Source: Octopus vulgaris (Eukaryota). Taken from it: 64,000 bases of DNA. Below, piece by piece: positions 25,801 to 37,800 of this stretch (its first letter is position 1; every line of letters begins with the position of its first letter). The stretch covers positions 169,074,001-169,138,000 of the forward strand of contig OX597815.1 in assembly GCA_951406725.2 (NCBI GenBank), written 5' to 3'. The position numbers and the translations under genes are program-made. The notes below the pieces were generated by a model, which saw only the letters and a list, made by a program, of their open reading frames with translations, did not search any database and was not told where the DNA came from.

Positions 25801-28800
25801 TCCAAATACCAACATAATAACAACAATGTTATTGTACTAAATTTTTCATTATTTTCCAAATTAATTGAAGCAAACAAAGAGTATTTTGACAGAAATATGA
25901 TAACAAAAAGGTTAACCCTTTCGTTACTGTATTTATTTTGCGATGCTCTGTGTTTCTTTCAATTACTTTAAATATAACAAAGAACTTAGTAAAATAACTT
26001 AGTTATCATTCAGCTAGTGTTAGGAACATAAATTGTGACTAAGGTTTGGTGGAAGATTTTAATTCAAAACTCATGAAAACAAGACATTTGTACTCAGAGT
26101 CAGAGCCAGTTTTAGCTGGGTTGGTAACAAAAGGGTTAAACTGCTCTTCAATATCTGTATTAATCATTAAACTAGTCTCAGTAATGGAAATGTTTCTTTT
26201 GTTTCAGAACATATTTCAGTAATTCTGCCAGATGCAGTCATGATTCTTTTGGCAGAGGTAGTAGTCGACTGGTTAAAGCATGCTTTCATCAGTAAGTTCA
26301 ATGAAATATCTAAGGAGGTGAGTGTTTATAAATAAAACTATATCATTCTGATAGATTCTTTTAAACTGGTTCTTGATCAGAGATCATTTTTATGAACGTA
26401 TAGTTCTATCTATACTAAGTGTTGTGACTTTCGATAATTTATTTCTTTAATCACTTGAAATGTTATTATTAAAGAACTTGATTTGTGAGAGACTCAGAAT
26501 CAATTAACTGAGATATAAGGTGCCACATAAAAAGCATTGGTGTGGGTGCTGATGCCAAATAAAAAGAACTGGTGCTGGTGCCACTTAAAAAAGCATTGGT
26601 GACACTCTGTAAAGTGGTTGGTGTTATGAAGGGCAGCCCACCATAGAAACCAAGTAAAAGCAGACTATGGAACTTGGTACTGTCCCTGGCCTTGCCAGTT
26701 CCTGTTAAGCCATCCAACCCATGCCAGCATGGAAAATGAATGGTAAATGTTGATGATGACGATGATGTGCTTGAAGATGCAATTATGCATAAGGGTTCAT
26801 ACTTCAAAATATGGCTGAACATGACAATATTCATAGCATAGTAGATGGTTTTCCGGAATGGGAATTACAGATTGCTGACTTACTATGCTGTAAAGCCATC
26901 AGCTGAAGAGTCAGTGGATCATATTGTGTTATAAGTATGCAGCATCTCTACCATCCGGACAATTCTCTGAACAGCCAACTCCACTAAGTTGTTTTAGCAG
27001 ATATATCACTGTAAAACTCATGAGAGTTTTGTTGGCTTATAGTACTGAGTCCAACTTCTCTTGTAGGTATAATTTAGAGATGGATATGTGCTAACACAAG
27101 AGAAAAGAAAAGGCAATAGGTAATATAGTCTTTGATACACTATGCTTGAAGGGAAAACAAAATGGTCATGAGTGCAATATCTTGATCACGGTTGGTATGC
27201 GACTAAACAATTTGGAGAGTGATGAGTTCTGCTAAACTAACTAGCCCAAGATAAGCTTCATACATAGAAATTGTTCAATAGGGCTCCAATAAGTTTTGGG
27301 GACTCATTATACAAGAATAATAGCAACAAAGCTAAATTTATAAATTTTATTGTATAAAACTGTTGTTTGTGATGTTTATAAGCATTAGTAATTCACCCAT
27401 CTTTTGATTCGATACAAAATTTTACAAACTTGTAAGTAAAATGTTTGGTGGATTGTATCAGAAATGTGAAAGTGAAACTGGAAAACTATATCACCAAGTA
27501 GAAAATAATGGGCTATTGTCAATGGAATTCTAATATGAATTTGAAAAGTAAAAGTGGTTTGAGAAAAAAAACCCACTGAATTTAAAGAACCTGGATTGAT
27601 TGATACAAAATTGGCCATTCCTTATGAATAAAGTATGGTCATAAGTTGGTTATAAAGTACTGAGGTAATCTAAAAAGATTTAGATTTGCCTGGTTTGATC
27701 ATTTATAAGCCTTCCTGGGGTTTTACTAACAGAATTAAGGGTAGGGATATACTGTTAGGTGACGGCTTGTGGCCTAGTGGTCTGGGTGTTACATTCATAA
27801 TCACAAGATCATGGTTTCAATTCCCAGATCAGATGGCGATTGTGTTTTTGAGTAAAGCACCTTGTTTTCTGTTGCTCCAGTCCACTCAGCTGTAAGTGAG
27901 TAACTCTACTACAGACTGACTTCCCATTCAAAGAGAATGTTATGATTTCAGTCACTTATATGCCATGGAAACTTAGTAAACAGCCCTGTGAGACCTAGGA
28001 CTTAGGACAGTGATGTTTGGAGTTGATAATGATGATATGCTGTCAGTAATTTTTTATGATTGACTCATGTCTACAGCAAAGCCTGGACTCAGCACTGTAA
28101 GCTAACTCATCAGTTTTACAATGCTGCTACTGTTTATACTTACAAGCCATTTCTACTATGATTTATTATTAATATTTACACCATTGATACTCAGAAAACA
28201 GATTCCATTACACTCCTGGGGGAGAAACTAGAAGTAGTTGATAGTTTCCACTACCTAGGTGACCAAGTAGTAGCGGAGGGTGGGTGCTCAGAGAGTGTTA
28301 CCACTAGAATAAGAATAGCCTGAGCAAAGTTTAGGAAGCTTCTTCCCCTACTGGCGACAAAGAGTCTCTCGCTCAGAGTGAAAGGTAGATTGTACGATGC
28401 ATGTGTGCAAACTGCCATGCTTCACAGCAGTGAAACATGGGCCGTGACTGCGGAGGGTATGCGTAGGCTCAAAAGAAATGAAGCTAGCATGATCCGCTGG
28501 ATGTGTAATGTCAGTGTCCATGCACGACAGAGTGTAAGCACCCTGAGAGAAATGTTGGGCATAAGAAGCATCAGATGCAACGTGCAGGAGAGACGTTTGC
28601 ATTGGTATGGTCATGTACTACAGATGGATGAGGAGAGGTGTGTGAAGAAGTACCACTCTCAAACTGTTGAAGGAATCCGGAATAGAGGTAGTACATGACC
28701 AGGAATACATGGACAAGGTGGTCAAGCATGACCTTCATACATTGAGCCTCACAGAGGCTATGACGAAAGACTGAGACCTCTGGAGATGTGCTGTGACTTC

Positions 28801-31800
28801 GAAGACCTGACGAATGAAGTGAGTCCATGGCTTGCAGGATGGCCTGCTGTGCTAACCTTGGATCGTAGAGTGACCCACTGTTCTTGAGGAGACCTATTGA
28901 GTCAAGTACGTTAACACCAACATCAAAATGAAAATCAAATGGAAATTGTAGTTAAGACACCCGTGCTGTTGACACGTTAAAAGCACCATCCGAACGTGGC
29001 AGTTGCCAGTGCCGCCTGACTGGCATCCATGTCGGTGACACGTAAAAGCACCAACCGATCGTGGCCGTTTGCCAGCCTCATCTGGCCCCTTTGCAGGTGG
29101 CACGTAAAAAGCACCCACTACACTCACGGAGTGGTTGGTATTAGGAAGGGCATCCAGCTGTAGAAACACTGCCAGATCAGACTGGAGCCTGCTGCAGCCT
29201 CCTGGCTTCCTTGACCCTGGTTGAACCGTCCAACCCATGCTAGCATGGAAAATGGACGTCAAACGATGATGATGATGATGATGATTTAGATTGGGCCATT
29301 CAGAGATATTTTCACTAAGCAATGTAATGCAGTCAGTATTTGTTAGTTGTCAGTAACCTTATAACTAGGCCGGTAGCTGATCTCTCAAATGACCTGCTTA
29401 AATCAATCAGAAATAAACTATAATTTATTCTACCAACCCTGGAGGTGTGAAAGATAAATACACTCCTATATTAGATGATTGTGAAAGCATAAAACATTAA
29501 ATGAAATACAGTAAAACAGCAAGTCTGACAAGGAGAACATGGAAAAAGTTTAATACATAGTCACTCTTCTTCTTCAAAATGATTAATATAAAGTAACATA
29601 TGTACCATTTCTTTTATCTTTCTTCTGAAATAAGTACGAAACCTTATAAAAAGTAGGACTTGGTGACGTAGGTAAGATAGAATCTGGATTCACAATCTAT
29701 AACAAAGAAAGCACTCTGTATTCACTGAAATTTTGTAACTTACTTCAGCAATAATGAAAAATTTTGTACCTATTTGGTTGCTCACCTTGCTAGAAATAGC
29801 AGCCAAGTCTCTTCAAATTATATTCTACAGTAATGTTAAGGACACCTTAGATAACATGGACCTGAGTGCACTGTTTCTTGAGAAAAAGACAGGATGGTTG
29901 TTGCTTAAATGTCTTGGATCATAGGCCTGCTCAGTTAAGATTTACCCAAGGCTCAACAACGACAAATTATTCTGATTGGATTTCTGTTTTGTAAGAGGAT
30001 AAAGTATACACAATGTAACAGATCCCATTATCTTACTTTCAGTATTCATTTTCAACTTCCTCCACATTGTTGAACCTCTGTCCTTTCAGGAAATGAGCCA
30101 TGGCTCAGAAAAAATGGTAACCTGATGGTGCAAGGTCTGGACTGTAGGCAGTAAGGCAGCACTTCCATCCCCTCTGGTTCCTCAAGTTTGGGCTTAGTCA
30201 CATTGGCTATGTGTGCTAGGGCATTGTAATGCTGTAGGAATGCAGGTCTTTGATTGGCCAATGCCAGGTAGCCTACTTTCAAAGCATCATGTAATCACTG
30301 CAGTTGTTGAGCACGAAGGTTAGTGTTCACAGCATGACCATTTGGGACAAGCTCAAAGTGCAACTCCCACTTAAAATTTTAAAAAAACATGCAGTGTGAC
30401 CTTCTGTTCAAACCACTCTCGTATAACAACAGGTCCGAACCCTGGTTGGAACAAAGCCCTAGTTTTTTCTTATTAGGATTACGAAAATAGATCCATTTTT
30501 CATCCATAGTTACAATTCAACACCAAAAACAAGCATCTCAAGGATTTGCCAGCAGTTGTTTGCAAACATTCACACATTGTTGAGCCTGGTTATTGGTCAG
30601 TTCATCAGGATTTGTAACTGATGTCTTAGAGGACTACATGTCTAATCATTGACTCCAACTCATGAAGATGATTGGCAATGGCCCACAATGATTTGCTGGG
30701 ATTCTTGTTGATGATCCTGAACTTAATGAACAATATCTGACTGTTGAGAATGCTTTTTTTTCGAGAGGGGGTAGGGCAGTTTCCTTGTCCTGACATTGCA
30801 TGGTAATTGTAAATGAGTGTCACTGCCATTCAAGCAGTGCCCTTCATTTCAAGTCTTCCATGAGAACATGCCTGGCCATGGGGAAATATTGCCTTACTTC
30901 GAAATAGGAAGGACATCCATTTGCAGGAAATTTTCCTCAGTGAAATCTGACTGATCAATACAAGCATGGAAAAGTAAAAATTAAAATGATGATGTTGCTG
31001 ATGCTGATGTTTTAAAATGTAGAGGATCAGAAATGAAGAGGGTAAATACCCTTTTCAAAGGGTATTTATCCTCTCAAAATCAAAGGATAATCCTGTAAAT
31101 ACTAGGATTAATTATTTTTCCATTTTCTCATTTTCACTTATACTCTCTCTCTCTCTCTCTCTCTCTCCATTAAAAAAGTAATGACTCTATGAAAGAAAAA
31201 ATTATTTGGATGTTTACTTTCAAATAAAATATAAGCTTGTCTCATTTTCAGTTTGATTACACAATTTGTTATTTTATACAAAAGAAACAAAAAATATCTT
31301 GTGTGTTTGTATATATATTAGAATTGTAATTTTCTCTAATGTAACTTTGTGTAATGTTTTTTAGGTTTATGCAGATTTCTCTCTTATTTTGGCCCAAGAT
31401 ATGGTATCAAGTCGTCAGACACAGGTAAGCAGTTTTGCGTTAACTCTTCCCCATTACAGTTTCTGTATTATGACTGAGAATAAACCTCATAGTAGCATCT
31501 CACAAAGCAAACTAAAGTAGGCAACCGGCTTGTGGAAGCTGTGCAAGCCATGTACAGAGGTGCCATCAGCAAGGTGAGAGTTGACAAGGAATTTAATGAT
31601 GCATGTTGATATCCATCAAGATTCAGTTTTTAGCTGCCTCCTATTTCTTATTGGTCTTCCAGACCATATCAAGGGACTTTAAAACCAGTTGTTTGTAAAA
31701 AACTTGTTTGCTGAGAAGTTAGTTCTCAGCTGAATCTGTTAAAGATTTTGGAGGGGAAATTCCAAACATGGAAGCAAAATCCTCGAACGGGAACACAGGT

Positions 31801-34800
31801 AAGTTGATGGAGATGGCAGATATATTTTTTTCGTGCCAGATGTACAGGAGTGATTTGTAGTAAGTGTGTTTATGGAGTAGATTTCTCCAAATGCTTGGAA
31901 AAGGATCTCTAAACAATCTCCTGTTTTTGTTAACTAAGTACCGTAAATCCTCGAGTATAATCTGCATTTTTTTCCCAAAAGTTAAAGGTCAAAATCTCTA
32001 GTGCGTACTATATATGAGGTTAAAAATGAAAAATATTTTCCAATCAATGTCCTAGTCTCTATTTGCTGTCTGGCAATGTTTATTCAGACGCATTTTGTGA
32101 TGTCGGTTGCAAAAATACCTTAAGCTGAGCCTAAAAGCAATGAAGAGTCATCTATAATTTGCAGTAAGCAACATTTATTAAAATAAAAGTATTCAGAACA
32201 CAGAATAACATGTAACAAAAACAATTTGCAAACATATTTACATTCCCATATAACAGTTAAGAACATCACCATTATTGTATTACACATGCGCGGAAGTGTT
32301 TGTTTGACTAGGTGCTGCTGGCTTAATTACATACGACTCAAGTTAGAGAAGGGGTGCATATTATACACAAAGTTTAGGTTTTTCAGAAATACAGCCCCCT
32401 AAAAATCCCCTGCATATTATACTTAAGGGCAGACTATACTTGAAGATTTACAGTAATATTATTAACAGTGAAGGTGGGTGTTCGAAAAGCATAGTTACTA
32501 GAGTAAGAATAGAGTAGGAAAAGTTCAGGGAGCAACTAGAGTGAAAGTTAGATTGTATGATGCTCATGTATGAAGTAATATTTTGCTTGGTTAGTGGGAT
32601 ATGGACTTTGAATATATAAATTTGACAAAAGCTGGAATAAGACAAGTTTTTTTTTTTTTTTGATACATGCACAATGTTAGTGTGCATGAATGGCAGAGCT
32701 TAAACGAGCTAAAAGATAAAGTGAATGCAAGTGGAATCAGATGCAGTGTACAAGAGAGAATACTTCATTGGTACAGGTATGTGATATACATGGAGAATGT
32801 CAGTTGTATAAAGAAGTGCCAAGTACTAGAAAGTAGACCATACCTGCTGAAGAACAAAAAACTGTGAAAAATCATGGGAAGACCTGGTGACAACTGATCT
32901 CAAAAAGTTGAATTTTATTAAGAAGATGACAAATAATCAGAAGTGGCAAATACTGTGCTGAAGTAGATTTGTGTAATTCATGCAAGCATAAAAAAATGAC
33001 ACAAAAATGACGATTGAGGTGGAGATAGTGAATTTATCATTCAGATCCTTCTCACAAATCTTGATGATAGCATTCTCTCTCACATCATACCACTTATGTA
33101 ATGAGAGATGGAAACAGTGAAAATCTCCATATTCAATCCCTTTCTTCTTTCTAGCACTTATCATTGTTGTTGTCTCACTTTCTGATCCACTACTCAATCC
33201 ACTATCACTTTCTCTGTCTCACCCATTACTATTCCCCCAATCACTTATTAATGATATCCTTGTGATACCTGTGCCAGTGGCATGTAAAATGCACCATCCG
33301 TACGTGGCCGATGCCAGTGCCACCTTGACTGGCTTCTGTGCTGGTGGCATGTAAAAAGCACCAACCGATCGTGGCCGTTGCCAGCCTCCCCGGCACCTGT
33401 GCCGGTGGCATGTAAGAAAGCACCCACTACACCCATGGAGTGGTTAGTGTTAGGAAGGGCATCTCTTATAACCTCCTTGCTCCTTACTTCTGTCAATCCA
33501 TTTTCTCCTCACTCAGTTGTGTAAAAGAAAAAAGAAAAACTGAGATAACACAGCAAAGAGATGACTCATTTTGTCACACATGACCTCCTTATTTCTTATT
33601 TCTTTACTGCCCATCAAGGGACTACACACAGAGGGGACAAACAAGGACAAACGGATTAAGTCGATTATATCGACTCCAGTGCATAACTGGTACTTATTTA
33701 ATCAACCCCGAAAGGATGAAAGGCAAAGTTGACCTCAGCGGAATTTGAACTTAAAACGTAGCGGCAGATGAAATATCGCTAAGCATTTCACCCAGCATGC
33801 TAACGTTTCTGCCAGCTCACCGCTGGTGCCAATGAACAAACAGACAACACAGAGCTGAGAAGACTCTTTTAAACTTTTTGGGGGAATAAGACAACCTCTT
33901 TAGTGTTGGTGACCTTATTATATGTCCCCACTACATTCTGTAAAGTTTTTGAAAATTGGTAGAGCATCCAACCATAGAAATCAAGCCCAAAACGGAATGT
34001 ACAAATGAGGCATGATCCCCACTCCCACCTTCATCCAGGAGGACAGTTAACTTTGAATAAGAACTAATTGACACCCAGACAACCTGACCATTTTACATCC
34101 TACTCTCCAGCAGGATGGAAAATAGGATGTAAAATAATGATAATGGTGAACACTTTCAGGAAGTATATTCCCTCAGCTTTTTTTTTTTTCTTTATTATCA
34201 ACATTACTAAAATTATATATGTTGTAATAATGAAGCCAAACCAAATAGTGATTTTCTGAAATTATTTGATATGTAGCTTTCAGGTTTGCGTAATATATAA
34301 TAGGAAATGCATCTATTACATAAACCTTCCTCATTTAGAGCATTTCAAAATATGAAGCATTTGATGGAAATATTTCAATATATATAGTTAGGAGGATGGA
34401 TAATATGTGTGTGTGTGTGTGTGGAGGTGCATGGCTTAGTGGTTAGGGTGTCAGCATCATGATCGTAAGATTGTGGTTTCGATTCCTGGACCGGGCGATG
34501 CGTTGTGTTTTTGAGCAAAACACTTCATTTCACGTTGCTCCAATCCACTCAGCTGGCAAAGGTGAGTAGTACCTGTATTTCAAAAAGGGCCAGCCTTGTC
34601 ATACTCTGTGTCATGCTGAATCTCCTTGTGAACTACGTTAAGGGTACACATGTCTGTGGAATGCTCAGCCACTTGCACGTTAATTTCACGAGCAAGCTGT
34701 TCCCTTGATCGTATCAGCTGGGACCCTTGTCGTTGTAACCGACAGAGTGCTCCTATATATATATATATAAAACAAAGGTAGAACAGAAAAAACACAAACG

Positions 34801-37800
34801 GAAATTGTCAAAACACAACATGTGGTAAAAAGGACGATAGCACAACAACAGACAGGACAAAACAAGATACACAGATAATTCCCAGCCAGCGGTCTGATCA
34901 ATAAGTATCCGGACTGTTGCCTTAGTAACGAAGCTAAAGCACACAGAGTGGAGTAGCTTGGCACAGATTAAACTTGAACTCTGCTGTGCAGGCACACTAA
35001 GTTCTAACATTCTAACTCACTTCCACTGTTTACAGCAATGCTTGGAAGGAAGGTGTGTAACGTGTGATCATCACATTGAGCATGACAGAGAAAATTGAGC
35101 AGAGAATCTGCATCAAATTTTACCAAAAGCTTGGCAATACATGTGCAGAGGCCTATGCAAAGTTTTCATTGTTCTCAACACACTCAAGGAGATCTTGTGC
35201 AACTGAAACCCAAGTGTCTTTTTGGTTAACTGAAAGCAGTTTTGGCACAAACTATGCAGACATGCATCTCATACTCAAATCTTCAGTGATAATGGACTGA
35301 ACTGAACTGTAGCTAATCTGCATATCTTCTGATAACTTGTGGATTGTGATTCAACATTTTTCCCTCACAGCTGCACGCACATCTGCAATGTTTTTCTCAG
35401 TTCTGCTGGTCTCCCATAACGTTCGTCAATATTGACATTTTTCTGGCCATCTTGAAAACATCTGAACCACTCGTACACTTGTGTGTGTCTCATACACTCC
35501 TCTCCATACACTTTCCGCAACTTTGTATAGGCCTCTGAACAAGTATCGCCATGACAACTTCCTCTGTTATGGTCAGTGCAACAATCACATGCTACACACC
35601 TTCCTTCCAAGCACTGCTGTAAACAGCAGAAGTGAGCTAGAACGTTAAAACTTAGTGCGCATGCACAGCAGAGTTGTAGGTTAATTTTGCTAAGCAGCTT
35701 TACCCTGCATACTTTAGCTTTATTACTATGGCAACAGTCCGGATACTTATTGATCAGACCTTGTATAACAACAGATGGATAATGTGTCAATCCACTACAG
35801 CTGTTTCCAATGAATTTTTGATTAATTAAAAGTACTAGGCTTACAAAGAATAAGTCTTACAATCGATTCGTTCAACTAAAGGTGGTGCTCCAGCATGGCC
35901 ACAGTCAAATGACTCAAACAAGTAAAAGAATAAAGAATCCCTTATGTTGTATGCAATATAAATACTTTCTTATATATTATACACTTTAAATTCTCTATAT
36001 GAATGAATCTGTGACTAAGGTCAGCCTTATCTATCTTATACACCACAAATTGTGGCTTAGAAATTTATACCATACTTCTTATATTTAAAAATTTTTTCGT
36101 ATATTTTGATTCATCTCATATTATACTTGTTTATTGAATTATGGTTATTATATATTCTATTATTTATATCATTTTTTTTCCAATTTACTTTTTACTCACT
36201 ATTGTACTTTATCCTATTATATTACTTTATTTTATTTTATTTTTTTCCATTTTACTCTTTTAGTGGTATTCCATCTGTCCTCATGTTCTGAGTTCAAATT
36301 GCACTGAGGTCTTTCATCCTTTCAGGGTCGATAAATTAAGTACCATTTGAATACTGGGGTCGATGTAATCGACTAGTCTCCTCCCATAAAAAATTGCTCC
36401 CCTTGTGGAAAAATTTGAAACCATTATTATTATTATTATTATTATTATTAAGATGGTGAGCTGGCAGAATCATAAGCACTAGCTGGACCCATGAAAAATT
36501 CATGGAAGTACTGGTGCCATGAAAAATGTTTGCATATTATGACCATCTGCCTTTATGTTCTGAGTTCAAATTCTGCCGAGATCAACTTTGCCTTTCATCT
36601 TTTTGGGCTCGGTAAATTATCAGTTGTGTACTGGGGCCAGTCTAATAAACTGACCCCCTCCCCACAAAAAAATTCAGGCCTCAAAAAGTATATTGTGTCA
36701 GTTACAGAATATAGAAAGTAATGTAACACCAGTGACTAAATAATCCAACCAAAATATCTCAGTTACACAAACATAAACAGAATTACTATTCAACCTTAAA
36801 ATACATCATACGTATTCAAAGAGCCTTAATGTACAAATTGAAATGCAAAAGAGCGAAATAATAAATGGATTTGTAAGTTTTGGTAATTGCATTTATTTCC
36901 ACCATACGACACTTATTATTACAAACATGTTTTAACTAACCTAAACTATACACATACACAAATACATTCACATATATATATATATATATATATGTTTCAA
37001 GTTGTAGCTGTAATTCAAAGCCTTGTCATATTGTGTGAGGCTGAATCTCCCTGAGAACTACATTAATGTTATGCATATCTGTGGCGTACTCAGCCATTTA
37101 TAAGTTAATTTTATCCTCGTGTGGTAATGAAAAGTGAAATTGACATCCAATATTTGTTGTGTGTATGTATCTATGTATGAAATTTTCTTTGGATTTATGT
37201 ATCTACTGTCTCTATCACTTTCCCTCTTTCTCTTTCACTTCCTTTGTGTCCCTCTTCTCTCCTGCTTTTGATTTAACAATGTGTGTATGTATCTGTGTCT
37301 ACTTCTCTTGCAATTTAATAAACATTTAAAAACACAAAATGAATGCCATCACCACTCACTGTCTCTTTCACTCTCTCTGTTTCTCTCTCACTTTTTCTCT
37401 CTCTCTCACTCTCTATCTTTCTCTCTTACCTCCTCTGAAACATTTAAAAACACAAAATGAACGCTTTCACCACTCACTGGTTCTTTCACTATCTTTTTTC
37501 TCTCTCACTCACTCTCTCTCTCTCTCTCTCTCTCTCTTCCTCTCTGTCCTCCTCTCTATCACTTTACCACTTCTTTGAAGTGTGATGCACACAACAGATA
37601 CATACACTTCTTTGAAGTGTGATGTACACAACAGATATGTACAAAAACAAAAATTTAGCGTTTTAATATTATTAATGGGATTTCATCCATCGTTATGCTC
37701 TGAGTTCAAACTCCACTGAGGTCAACTTTGCGTTTCAAGTTTTCAGGATCAATGAAATAAGTACCAGTTGAATACTGGGGTCGATGTTATCAACTAGCCT

